The position numbers were made by a program, and so were the translations under genes. Shown piece after piece: positions 29,285 to 46,800 of a stretch of DNA of 64,000 bases; positions within the stretch are counted from its first letter, which is position 1; every line of letters begins with the position of its first letter. The stretch is from assembly GCF_009914755.1 (NCBI RefSeq), contig NC_060930.1. One strand, given 5' to 3'. This DNA comes from the human T2T-CHM13v2.0 reference genome, Homo sapiens. The notes under the pieces were generated by a model. That model made no database searches, was not told where the DNA came from, and saw nothing but the letters and a program-made list of their open reading frames with translations.

Positions 29285-32200
29285 TTGGACCACAGCACAA
29301 TCAAATTGGAAATCAAAGTTAAGAAATTTACTCAAAATCATACAATTACATGGATATTGAATAACCTGCTCCTGAATGATTTGGGTAAATAATGAAAGTA
29401 AGGCAGAAATCAATAATTTATTTGAAACTAATGAGAACAAAGATACGCCATACCAGAATCTCTAGGACACAGCTAAAGCAGTGTTAACAGGGAAATTTAT
29501 AGTATTAAGTGCCCATATCAAAAAAATAGATCTCAAGTCACAACCTAACATTACAACTAAAATAACTAGAGAAGCAAGAGCAAACAAATCCCAAAGCTGG
29601 CAGAAGACAAGAAGTAACCAAAATCAGAGCTGAACTGAAGGAGAGAGAAACACGAAAACCATTCAAAAGATAAACAAATCCAGGAGCTGGCATTTGAAAA
29701 ATTTAATAAAATATATATACCACTACCTAGACTAATAAAGAAGAGAGAAGATTCAAATAAACACAATCAGAAATGATAAGTGGGATATTACCACTGACCC
29801 CACAGAAATACAAACAACCATCAGAGAATATTATAAAAATCTCCATGAACATAAAATAGAAAATCTAGGATAAATGAATAAATTCCTGGACACATATACC
29901 CTCTCAAGACTGAACTAGGAAGAAATTGAATCCCTGAACAGACCAATAGCAAGTTTTGAAATTGAGGCAGTAGTAAATAACCTACCAACCAACAAAAGCC
30001 CAGCACCAGACAAATTCACAGCTGTATTCTACCAGTTGTAAAAAGAAGAGCTGGCACCATTTCTACTTAAACTATTCTCCAAAATTAAAAAGGAGTGACT
30101 CCCCCCTAACTCATTCTATGAGGCCAGCTTCATCCTGGCATAAATACAATACAAAATGAAAATTTCTGGCCAATATCGTTGATGAACATCGATGCAAAAA
30201 TCCTCAAGAAAATACTCACAAAACAAATTCAGCAGCACATCAAAAAGCTTATTCTCCATGAACAAGTAGGCTTCATCCCTGGGATGCAAGTTTGGTTCAA
30301 CATACACAAATTAATAAACATGATTCATCACATAATCAGAACTAAAGACAAAGCCACATGATTATTTCAATAGATGCAGAAAAGTCTTTCAATAAAATTC
30401 AACATCCCTTTATGTTAAAAACTCTCAATAAGCTATGTATTAAAGAAAAATACCTCAAAATATTAAGAGCCATATATGATAAACCCACAGCCAGCATCAT
30501 ACAGAATGGACAAAACCTGTAAGCATTCCCTTTGAAAACCGGCACAAAACAAGGATGCCCTCTCTCACCGTCTTATTCAACATAGTATTGGAAGTTCTGT
30601 CCAGGGCATTCAAACAGGAGAGACAATAATAAACAATGAAATAATAATAAAAGACATTCAAATAGGGAGAGAAGAAGTCAAAGTATTCCTGTTTGCAGAT
30701 GACATGATCCTATATCTAGAAAACCCCATCGTCTCAGCCTAAAAGCTTCTTAAGCTCTTGAGCAACTTCAGCCAAGTTTTGTATCTCAGGATACAAAATC
30801 GATGTGCACAAATCACTAGCATTCCTATACACCAACAACAGTCAAGCTGAGAGCCAAATCACAAACAAACTACCATTCCACAATTGCCACAAAAAGAATA
30901 AAATACCTAGGAATACTGCTAACTAGGGAGATGAAAGATCTCCATAAGGAGAACTATAAACCACTGCTCAAATAAATCAGAGGGCACAAACAAATGGAAA
31001 AACATTCCATGCTCATGGGTAGGAGGAATCAATATTGTTAAAATGGCCATACTGCCCAAAGTAATTTATAGATTCCATGCTATTCCCATTAAACTACCAT
31101 TGACATTCTTCACAGAACCAGAAAAAACTATTTTAAAATTTATATGAAACCATAAAAGATCCCAAATAGCCAAGAGAATCCTAAGCAAAAAGAAGAAAGC
31201 TGGAAGTATCACACTACCCTACTTTAAACTATACCACAGGGCTATGGTAATCAAAACAGCATGATACACAGACAAGAACAGACAAATGAAACTGTATAGA
31301 GTACCCAGAAATAAGACCTCACACCTGCAACTATCTGATATTTACAAACCTTACAAAGCAATGGAGAAGGGATTCCCTATTCAATAAATGTTGCTGGGAT
31401 AGCTGGCTAGCAATATGCAGATGATTGAAAGTGAACCCCTTCCTTATACCATATACAAAAATTAACTCAAGATAGATTAAGACTTAAATATAAAACCTAA
31501 AACTGTGAATATCCTGGAAGACAACCTAGGCAATAGGTTTGAGCATTCAGAACAAACTTCACGCAAATAAAGCAATTGTAACAAAAGCAAAAATTGACAA
31601 ATGAGATCTAATTAAACTAAAGTGCTTCTGCACAGCAAAGGAAACTATCAACAGAGTAAACAGACAACCTACAGAATGGGAGAAAAATTTTGCAAACTAT
31701 GCATCTGACAAAGGTCTAATATCCAGCATCTATCAGGAAATTAATAAATTTAGAAGATAAAAACAAACAATTGCATAAAAAAGTGGGCAAAGTACATGAA
31801 CAGACACTTCCCAAAAGACATGCATGCAGCCAACAATCATATCAACATCACAGATCATTAGAGAAATGCAAATGACAGCAATAATGAGATACAATCTCAT
31901 ATCAGTCAGAATGGCTATTACTAAAAAGTCAAAAAATAACAGATACTAGCCAAGTTGTGGAGAAAAAGGAATGCTTATATACTGTTGGTCAAAGTGTAAA
32001 TTAGTTCAACAATTGTGGAAGACACTGTGGAAGTTCCTTGAAGACCTAAAGACAGAAATATCATTTGACCCAGTGATTTCATTATTGGGTATATACTCAA
32101 AGGAATATAAATCATTCTATTATAAAGACACATGCACCTGTATGTTCATTGCAGCACTATTCACAATGGCAATGACGTGGAATTCACCTGAATATCCATT

Positions 32201-32585
32201 AAGTATGGACTAGATAAAGAAAATATGGTACATATACACCATGGAATACTGTGCAGCCATAAAAATGAGATCTATCCTTTGCAGGGACTTGGATGCAGCT
32301 GGAGGCCATTATTCTTAGCAAATAGGAATGGAAAACCAAATACCACATGTTCTCAGTTATTAGTGGGAGCTAAATGAAGAGACCCAGCGGACACATAGAG
32401 GGGAACAACACACACCTGGGCCTACTGGAGGGTAGCGTGTGGGAGGAAAGAGAGGGTCAGGAAAAATAACTAATGGGTACTAGCCTTAATACCTGAGTGA
32501 TGAAATAATCTGTACAAGAAATCCCCACAACACGTTTACCTATATAACAAACCTGCACATGCACCCCTGAACTTAAAAGATAAAC
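29285..32585 (+). mobile_element. 5'-truncated L1PA (about PA10-13), ORF2 and 3' UTR
   Basis: ORF2 peptides ([12 protein letters not shown]...GFIPGMQ); 3' UTR 'gaaaaataactaatgggtactag...gaacttaaaa'. Confidence 0.9.
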
Positions 32586-32846
32586 ATATCAATATCTATG
32601 TTTGTATTAAAAGTACAAGTAAATATATAAATGATAAATGATAACATATCAATTTTTTCACATCTTCTCCCCTGCATAACTATATCTCTCTTCTTTTACT
32701 TGAAGTGATTTTTAAAATACTGATATTTTCATGTGAGAATGCTAGCTAAACGTTTCCTCACTTAACCTAGTTCTGAAAACAATCAAACAAAAAACTATCA
32801 GAAAGGGAGCATTGTCGCAGTTTGCTTGGTTAGAAATAGGAATTAA

Positions 32847-33093
32847 CGCCTGGGCAACATGGAGAAATCCCATCTCTACAGAAAAGAAAACAAACAAACA
32901 AAAATCTTAACCAGGCCTTGTGGCACATGCCTGTAGTCCCAGCTACTCCAAAAGCTGGAGGGAGGTGGGAGAATCACCTGAGCCCAGGAAGTTGAGGCTA
33001 CAATTAGCCTTGATTGCACCACTGCACTGCTGCTTGGGCAACAGAGTGAGAGTGTATCTCAAAAAAAAAAAAAAAAAAAGAAAGAAAAAGAAA
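32847..33093 (+). mobile_element. 5'-truncated AluJ
   Basis: 'tgagcccaggaagttgaggctaca' J-type right arm; poly-A; TSD agaaat(a/c)ggaattaa at 32832-32846 and 33094-33108. Confidence 0.9.
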
Positions 33094-33489
33094 AGAAATC
33101 GGAATTAATTAAAATTTTAATAGATTCTCCTTTTGTACTTTTGAGACAAGAAAGGGTGAATGCAAAGATATACATTTAGATGCTCCTCACTCCCTAATTA
33201 TTCTGCATGTGCCTCATAGCAATCTGTTCCTTAAAACCCAGGGGACTTAATGAGAATGTTTTTCTGATTAGAAAACAAATACTTACAATCTACAACTTTT
33301 GGAATAAACTCTACTACACATTTTCAAGGTACTCTAGAGAAAGGGAAAACTTTACCAACAATACTTAGAAGAACTAGAATCCTAAACTGTTTTTTATTGT
33401 TTACCAGCCATGGTCAACTCAATTCATATGTAATTACTGTAAAATATTAGCGAGATATTATATTCTTTCTAAACATAAGTTATACCAGT

Positions 33490-33572
33490 TCTAACTAGCC
33501 ACATTTCAAGGCCTCAGCCACCTCAACCGTTACATGTGGGTAGTGGATATTATGTTTAACAGTGCACTTCTA
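33490..33572. mobile_element. MER3/MER33-like hAT-Charlie MITE fragment
   Basis: 'ctagccacatttcaagg...acatgtgggtagtggatattatg'. Confidence 0.55.
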
Positions 33573-33829
33573 GTCTCCTAATTCCAAAAACATAGAATGA
33601 GTGCAGTATAAACTATAGTCTAAGCTAAATTCTAACTATATTTAGTTTCTGAATTTTGGAATTTGGTGATGGAGAATGTTAACAAGTAGTCCAAATATGA
33701 CAAATATTTTCAGAGATTAAGTATAACATGATGATATGGAAGCATAAACAAGCTTTCCTTTATAGTGACAAGATACCTAGTTTTTGAAAGTGCTTCTTTG
33801 ATTCGACAAAGTTTAAAAATAAATGTTAA

Positions 33830-34192
<363 letters not shown>

Positions 34193-34217
34193 TCAAATCT
34201 CTCAAGTAATTTGAATA

Positions 34218-34408
34218 CAGTATTTTTCAAATGTTAGCAAACTTAGAATTGCCTAAGAAGGCTTATTAAAATGTATCTGCCAGCTATGCTTACAGAAATT
34301 CTGATCTAGTAGGACTTCTGTGGATCTGAGAAATTGTATTCGTATATAAACATCCCCATTGTTTCTCGTGTAAGTGGCTCACGTATTACACTTTGAGAAA
34401 CACCATGC
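34218..34408. mobile_element. MER5A-like hAT MITE
   Basis: cagtatttttcaaa...acactttgagaaacacca; 'agaaattctgatctagtagg'. Confidence 0.75.
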
Positions 34409-36369
34409 TAGTGTCTACAATGACTTAATTATACATTCAGTCTGTTTTGTATTGTTTTGGGTCTACATTAGCATGCTTAAGAAATAAAAAATTAGGAAAA
34501 TTTTCTCTGGGTTATCTGTGTATCAATGATATATCTATCTTTTAATCAGTTAATTTATTTACTTTTGCATTTTACCATAAAAATTATCAACATGAGTTTT
34601 CAATATTTTTCAGTGGTTCATTTTCTCTGAATATTTTTTATTCATTTTATGCTGTTTATATGTTATATGAATAGTATCTCCTTGAATTTCTCTGAGTATA
34701 TTAATTAGAGCTTTTTAAAAATACTTTGTTTCCTCTAATTTCAGCTTTTGGGACTATTTATCTTTGTCTGCCATTTTGACATCTATTTGACACATGTATG
34801 AAAATCTTCATGGACCATTATATCTACTTTATAAAAATTATCACACATCAGCCTCAAGTTGTCTCTACTGACTACCAATCCCTATTTTAGAACCAAAGAA
34901 TATTCCCCTTTCTTATTTGCATTCATCTGCCCTCTGACATTTTGGCAGATGCTTTATGGTTTGAAGTTGCTAATTCTGTTCAATAGCTCATCCATTGTTT
35001 TAGATCTCTAAAATAATTGATACACCTGTGTTTTCCAAATTTTATCTGGCACAAACAAAGGCAACTTTTTATATGAACAATTTATGATCACTCAAGATTT
35101 AAGTTGGAGTGTGAGAGTGATTTTAAGTGGAGCACAATGAGTGTTTTTTTCAATAGGGTCTTCACTGAAGTACAACTTCAATGTTTGACCTAAAGTTACC
35201 ATTTTTTTTTCCGCCTTAGAGATACATCAAAGCCCTCAAAAGGTAACTATTCTAGTTGCTACTGATAAGTCATGTAGTTAGGTCCTTGGACAGGGCTGTT
35301 AACCCATAATTCCTTCTTCTATGCCTACAAAGTAAAATTAATACACTTGAAGATTTTATAATATTGATATTTGTAATTTTTAAAAAAGAGTTATATAGTT
35401 TTTTTTTGCTTCAATTGCTACACAAGCAAAATAGCATAGTAATATTTTTGGATAACTGCATTGTTAGAAATATGCACTGAAGCCAAGGCACGGAAACAAT
35501 TATCTAAGTAGCATGCAAATAGCACTAAAGTACTAGCTACTGAGGCATTAACCTATTAATGCATGTATCTAAGCATAAAATGCCAGAAATGTTATTCCAT
35601 AGTAGACTATTTTAGAAAAAGCAAGCTGTTGACTGAAGAAATATATATACTTTCTCTAAGTGTAGCAAAATCAACTTTAGTGCACATTAAATGGTTACAG
35701 AACAGATTATTATACTGTTTTGGAATAAATACATGAATGAATACATGTTCCTTTTACAGCAGTTATTTGCTATATAACCACTTCTAGGACAATTTTCGCA
35801 ATCTGAATATGCATCAGATTAGGAATTGGGCTCTGGAATTCTTGGTAAAGTAAGTAAATGGACACTTTGGGGCTCAATGAAAGAAGGTAGGGGAGGTACA
35901 GATAAAGAAAATTTACAGATAATATGTTTGAAGTAGCGAAGATATGTGAAAATTACCACATAGTTTATCACATGATAATGCAGAGTTTTTATTTCAGAAA
36001 GAAAACTGAATAATGAGCAATATGGATAATCCCTAAACCAGAGCCATAATGGGGAAGTTTCAAAGAGAAAGAATGTTGTTGGAATTAATATTGCCATATA
36101 TGATAAAGCTTAATAGGGTGTCTGATATGTAAGAACACTGAAATGATTTTTAAAGCGTTCACATTAACAGTTCTGTTTTCAAATAGTTTTGTGCATGGTC
36201 TTAAGAAAAAGCTATTGAAATCCTATTCAGGTTTTCAGTCATGTGGAGTAACATTATGAGTTGAATAAGAAGATGCTGTATAATATTTGACTTTTGACTT
36301 ACTTGTCTCTTCTAGAAACATATTCCTATAAGTTTATTAGAAATTAATTTTTAAAATATTGGGGCATCT

Positions 36370-37734
36370 GATTATAGAAAGATCAATTAGATATCTTTTC
36401 CCTATTCCTTTAACTAAGTATAACCCCAAATCCTGGATATTATATATAAAAGAGACATAGGAAGAAAGAAAGAAAGGTGGGGAGAAGAAGGAAGATCGGG
36501 TAAGGTTCACAACCCAACCCTGGATCCTAAACTTTTTGACACCACTCCTACAGGGAAAGGGTGAGGAATTTTCCTGATTTCTATCAGCTCCAGGTGGAAT
36601 GTCTGGCTCTCTACTTGCTGTCTTGAACCCAGGGTTGGGTCCTCATTATCGGTGGGGATCAGAGTTTCAGCTCAATTCAAGACTTACACTGATACCCTAC
36701 CACTTGAGAAAAACAGGAGTGCCTCATTACTGCTCCCCCATGTGACCAGGAAAAGACATGATGAAGTTCCCTGGGTTTCTTTTGCTTCATTTATCCCAGA
36801 AGACAGCAACCTAGAAACAATGGACACACACACTTATGCACATTTACACGCACGCACGCATGCATGCATACATTCAACAACAAAAGCCTGCTCTCTCTAA
36901 TCAAATCAGCGGGAAAGAGGCAGCTTCACAGACCAGAAAACTTTTACACAATGAACACCTTTCTTCAAATAAACAACACAGAGAAAACAGAGGTCCTACA
37001 CCCACCTATACTAGTGAGCCTAGATGTCCACACTCATCAAGCTGCAACTAAGCACTCCAACCACCTCAACCCCTCAACAACTCTACTGAGGTGCCCATAG
37101 CAGAAGTTTTGTGCCCTACATCTGGTCCAGCCGCAACCTTGCATGGAGCTGCCCACCTCACTGCAGCAGCCAGCATGGCTGGTTGTGCGCAGTGCCCGGA
37201 CCCTGCGCTTGCTCACCAAAACACCTTTCACGTCGCCCTTGGCAGGTGTGGGATCCAGGCTGGAAACTCAAGCTGAGCACAGCCTGCTGGGCCAAGTGGG
37301 CGAAATGAGCCCAGCGGGCACATGCAATACTAAGGCAGAAGGCGCCACTGGCCACAGAGGTTTCTGGCTGATGAAGCGACACTCCAAGGATCCCGTGACA
37401 TTTTCAGTCATCACTAGCCAATGGTTACAAGACTACCCATCACTGACCTCCACCCAATGTGTGGTGGAGGTCAAATGTAGGAGAAGTAATTTGGCACTCC
37501 TACTTTTTTCAGTCAGCGAAGTATCAGTGTAAGTTTATAAGGGAGCTGGAACTGATCCCCTCACTTAATAAGGACCCAACCTTGGGTGTCAACAGACTCC
37601 AAGCAGAGAACCACGATTTTTACCCTAACCAGACAGAAATAAGGCAGCTTTCCCACTCTTCCTATGCTAAAGTGCTGTCAGGGAAACCCCAAAGTTTAAA
37701 AAGACCCAAAGTGTCATGACATAATACAAGTTTT
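36370..37734 (+). mobile_element. Old L1M (L1MC/MD-like) 5' region; continues at 43895
   Basis: Resembles L1M 5' UTR; interrupted by a MER52 fragment and the full-length L1PA; ORF1/ORF2-like sequence resumes after the second TSD. Confidence 0.6.
37092..37400 (+). mobile_element. MER52-like ERV1 LTR, 3' terminal ~310 bp only
   Basis: GC-rich 'ggcgccactggccacagaggtttctggctg...aagcgacactccaaggatcccgtgaca' ending in CA. Confidence 0.8.
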
Positions 37735-37754
37735 AATAAAAAATTATTCATCTT

Positions 37755-38773
37755 GGAAGGGGTGGTTCTAAGATGGCCAAATAGGAACAGCTCCAGTCTA
37801 CAGCTCCCAGCGTGAGCGAGGCAGAAGACAGGTGATTTCTGCGTTTCCAACTGAGGTACTGGTTTCATCTCACTGGAGCTTGTCAGACAGTGGGGACAGG
37901 ACAGTGTGTGCAGCCCACCGAGCGTGAGCCAAAGCAGGGCAAGGCATCGCCTCACCTGGGAAGTGCAAGGGGTCAGAGAATTCTCCTTCCTAGCCAAGGG
38001 AATGGGTGACAGATGGCACCGGGAAAATCAGGTCACTCCCCACCCTAATACTGCGCTTTTCCAATGGTCTTAGCAAACAGCACAACAGGAAATTATATCT
38101 CGCACGTGGCTTGGAGGGTCTCATGCCCACAGAGCCTTGCTCATTGCTAGCACAGCAGTCTGAGATGGATCTGCAGGGCGGCAGCGAGGCTCGGGGAGGG
38201 GCGCCCACCATTGCTGAAGCTTGAGTAGGTAAACAAAGCCGCCAGGAAGCTCGAACTGGGTGGAGCCCATCGCAACTCAAGGAGGCCTGCCTGCCTCTGT
38301 AGACTCCACCTCTGGGGGCAGGGCACAGCTGAAAAAAAGGCAGCAGAAACCTCTGCAGACTTAAATGTCTCTGACAGCTTTGAAGTGAGTAGTGGTTCTC
38401 CCAGCATGGAGTTTGAGATCTGAGAATGGACAGACTGCCCCCTCAAGTGGGTCCCTGATCCCCGAGTAGCCTAACTGGGAGGCACCCCCCAGTAGGGGCA
38501 GACTGACACCTCACATGGCCAGGTACCCCTCTGAGATGAAGCTTCCAGAAGAACAATCAGGCAGCAACATTTGCTGTTCAGCAATATTTGCTGTTCTGCA
38601 GCCTCTGCTGCTCATACCCAGGCAAACAGGGTCTGGAGTGGACCTCTAGCAAACTCCAACAGACCTACAGCTGAGGGTCCTGACTGTTAGAAGGAAAACT
38701 AACAAACAGCCACACCAAAACCCCATCCGTATGTCACCATCATCAAAGACCAAACGTAGATAAAACCACAAAG
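37755..38773 (+). promoter_or_regulatory. L1 5' UTR internal sense/antisense promoter region (YY1 core aagatggcc at ~37770-37778)
   Basis: Position and sequence within the full-length L1; partial CpG retention; activity not shown. Confidence 0.65.
37990..38211 (-). other. LINE-1 ORF0 homolog, 73-aa open frame
   Basis: ATG at 38211 (minus) gives MVGAPPRASLPPCRSISDCCASN...EKRSIRVG, matching primate L1 ORF0; the last ~15 aa differ (apparent frameshift). Confidence 0.75.
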
Positions 38774-39788
38774 ATGGGGAAAAAACAGAGCACAAAAGCT
38801 GAAAATTCTAAAAATCAGAGCGCCTCTCGCCCTGCAAAAGAATGCAGCTCCTTGCCAGCAATGGAACAAAGCTGGATGGAGAATGACTTCGACAAGTTGA
38901 GAAAAGAAGGCTTCAGATGATCAAACTTCTCCAAGCTAAAGGAGGAAGTTCGAACCCATTGCAAAGAAGCTAAAAACCTTGAAAAAAGATTAGATGAATG
39001 GCTAACTAGAACAACCAATGTAGACAAGTCCTTAAATGACCTGATGGAGCTGAAACACATGGCAAAAGAACTACGTGACAAATGCACAAACTTCAGTAGC
39101 CAATTTGATCAACTGGAAGAAAGGGTATCAGTGATTGAAGATCAAATGAATGAAATGAAGTGAGAAGAGAAGTTAGAGAAAAAAAGAGCAAAAAGAAACA
39201 AACAAAGCCTACGAGAAATATGGGACTATGTGAAAAAACTCAATCTACATCTGATTGGTGTACCTGAAAGTGACGGGGAGAATGGAACCAAGCTGGAAAA
39301 CACTCTGCAGGATATTATGCAGGAGAACTTCCCCAACCTAGCAAGGCAGGCCAACATTCAAAATCAGGAAATACAGAGAATGCCACAGAGATACTCCTCG
39401 AGAAGAGCAACTCCAAGACACATAATTGTCAGATTCACCAAAATTGAAATGAAGGAAAAAATGTTAAGGGCAGCCAGAGAGAAAGGTCAGGTTACCCACA
39501 AAGGAAGCCCATCAGACTAACAGCTGATCTCTTGGCAGAAACTCTACAAGCCAGAAGAGAGTGGGGGCAATATTCAACATTCTTAAAGAAAAGAATTTTC
39601 AACCCAGAATTTCATATCCAGCCAAACTAGGCTTCATAAGTAAAGGAGAAATAAAATCCTTTACAGACAAGCAAATGCTGAGAGATTTTGTCACCACCAG
39701 GCCTGCCCTACAATAGCTCCTGAAGGAAGCACAAATCATGGAAAGGAACAACTGGTACCAGCCACTGCAAAAACATGCCAAATTGTAA
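38774..39788 (+). pseudogene. LINE-1 ORF1 (disrupted)
   Basis: ATGGGGAAAAAACAG start and 'gccaaattgtaa' end; fragment LIGVPESDGENGTKLENTLQDI; internal stops and frameshifts. Confidence 0.92.
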
Positions 39789-39851
39789 AGACCATCAAGG
39801 CTAGGAAGAAACTGCATCAACTAACGAGGAAAATAACCAGCTAACATCATA

Positions 39852-43674
<3,823 letters not shown>

Positions 43675-43894
43675 ACAATGAGAACACTTGGACACAGGAA
43701 GGGGAACATCACACACCAGGGCCTGTCATGGGGTGAGGGGAAGGAGGAGGGATAGCATTAGGAGATATACCTAATGTAAATGATGAGTTAATGGGTGCAG
43801 CACACCAACATGGCACATGTATACATATGTAACAAACCTTCACCTTGTGCGTATGTACCCTAGAAATAAATTATAATAAAAAAATTACTCATCA

Positions 43895-46800
43895 TGTCAA
43901 CAGCAAAGAAGATCTCAAAGTAAATGAATAAAGACAACTAACAGATGCCAACAATGAGATGACAAAAATTACCTGACAAATATTTTTAAGGAGATATCTT
44001 AATAATATTTTAATGAATAATTACAAACATGTGCTAAACAAATTGAAATATAGAAAACCCCAGCAAATAAGTAGAATATGTAAAGAAGAACCAAAGGAAA
44101 AATTTAAAATGGAAAAACATGATAACCAAATTTAAAATGCTCAATTGATGGGCTCAACAGCAGAATGAAAAGGACAGAGAAACAAATCAGTGAACTTGAA
44201 GATAGCTATAGAAATGGCCTAATCTGAAGAACAGAGTGAAAACAGAGAGCAGAGTCTCACAAACCTGTGAAACTATAACAAAATATCTAAAATTAATGAC
44301 ATAGTAGCCCTCTTTAGAAGAAGAGGAGAAAGAGAGTGGGACTGAAAATATACTTAAAGAAATAATGCTAACAACTTCCAAAATTTGACTCACTGAGTCA
44401 AAAAGTCAAATAAGTCTAAGGCGAAAAACCACACCAAGGCAAATTACAGTTACAAGTTCTGAAAAATAAAGTCCAAAAATATCATAAGAGCACCAGTAAG
44501 AAACAAATACCTTACTTATAGGATAAAACAATGTGAGTAACAGCAAATTTTTCATCAGAAACCATGGAGGCCAAAAAAGGTGTCGCAGTATTTTCCAAGT
44601 GCTAAAAGAAAAGAACTGTTAACAACAATCTTATATCTAGCAAAAATATTATTCAAAAATAAAGGAGAAATAAAAACATCCTTAGAGAAAGAAAACTAAG
44701 AGAATACATTGCCCTAAAAAATGATAAAAGAAGTTTTCTAAACAATAAGGTGATAGCAAAAGAATGAATCTTGGAACTTTAGTACATAAGGAAGAAAGAT
44801 CAGGCTCACTAAAAATAAAGAAAAATACAATAGACTTCTTCTCCTGAGTTTTCTTAAACTATGCTTGACAGTTAAAGTGAATGTTTTAAAACTGTGAGAT
44901 GATCTAAATGTATGTAGAGGAAATATTTAAGATAATTATATTGTGAATAAAGGAGGGTAAAATGACACCAAAAAAGGTAAGGTCTCTATATTTCACTTTG
45001 AATGATAAAATTATGATATCAGTAGGCTATAACAGGTATATTAATGTAATGTGTAAAGAACCAATAAAAAGGCTATGCAAAGAGATAGAGTGAAAAACAG
45101 TAGAAAAATCAAACTAAAATTATAAAATAAAGTTAAAGTCACAGGAAAGGAGGGAGAAAAAAGAAACAGAAACAAAAACAACAACAAATACATACACAGA
45201 AAACAAATAAAATGGTACACTTACATCTTAAGATATCAATATTCCATCACATGTAAATGGTCTAAATATACAAACAAAAATAATTTGGTAGAAAGGATAA
45301 AAAGAATGAAACAAAACTATATGCTGTCTATAAGAAACTCATTTCAAATATAATGATTAAGGTATAAAACTAAAAGGAGAGAAAAATATATATCATGCAA
45401 ATATTAATCAGAGGGAAGCAGAAGAGGCTATATTAATATGAGATAAAATAAACCTCAGAGTAAAGAACATTACCTGAGACAGAGAGGGTATTATATAATG
45501 ACAATGACTACCCATTAAGAAAACATACCCATTCTAAATGTACATACTCCAAACCACAGAGCTGCAAAATGCGTGAAACAAAAACTGATAAAACTGAAAG
45601 GAGACAAAGTCACAATTTAGTTGGAGACTTCAATAGCCCTCTTTTAACAATTAATATAAAAACTAGACACAAAATTTGCAAGAACTTGACAATAGCATCA
45701 ACCAAGAGGAGCTAAGCAACATTAAAAGAACAGTTCACCCAACCAGAGAAGAACTCACATTCTACTCTACTCTTCACAAAATATGTACCAAGATAGTCTA
45801 TATTGTGGGCATTAAAATAAATCTTAATAAATTCTAAAGAATTAAACTAATTAATATAGAGTGTGTTCTTTGCCCACAGTGGGATCAAACTGTAAATAAA
45901 TAAGCATAATGGTAAAGTATCCAAACTCTTAGAACTAAATAACACATTTCTAAATAACTCATAAGTCAAGGAAGATGTGTCAAGGAAAAATTTAAAGATA
46001 TATTGAACAAAATGAAATTATAATAAACTATATTATAATTTGTGAATCAGAGCTATGGGAGTGCTGAGAGAAATGCATATTTGGGAAGACGGTCCTAACT
46101 CCATTATCTAAGCTGCCACTTCAAGAAAATAAAAAAGAAGAACCAAATAAAACCAAACAAGTAGAAGGAATGAAATAATAAAAATAAGAGCATAAATAAA
46201 TAAAATTCAAAATAAAAATAATAGAATCAATGGCACACAGAGCTCATTCTTTGAAAATATCAAGGAAATAGACAAACCTCTAGTTTGATGAGAAAACACA
46301 CACACATACACAGACACACACACACTAAAACATAAGTTATCAATACTAGAATAAAACAAGTAGTATTACTGTAGACTCTGAAGACATCAAAGACATAGTC
46401 AGGGAATACTCCACACCCATAAATTTGACAATTTAGATAATGAAGACACTTCCTCAAAAGAAACATAAACAACCACCACAGCTCACACAATATGAAATAA
46501 TAGATAATTTTCTGGTAAGGAAATTGAATTTATAACTTTAAAACTCTCAAAATAGAAAATATCTCTAGGCCCAGATAGTTTCATTGCAGAATACCACTAA
46601 CTGTTTAAAGAAGAATAAACACCAATTCTACATAATATAATCCAGAAAACAGAAGAGTAGGAAATGGTTTTTATTTCATTTGAAGAAGCTAGTATTACCC
46701 TAATATCAACACTAGACAGCATAATGCAAAAAAAGAAAGAAAACTGTAGACCAATGTCTCTCATGAATGCAGATACAAAAATTATCAATGAAATATTAAC

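Noticed and set aside
36512-36640. 12-bp inverted repeat acccaaccctgg / ccagggttgggt
   Set aside because: Short, 105-bp spacer, inside decayed L1M 5' UTR repeats; could be chance
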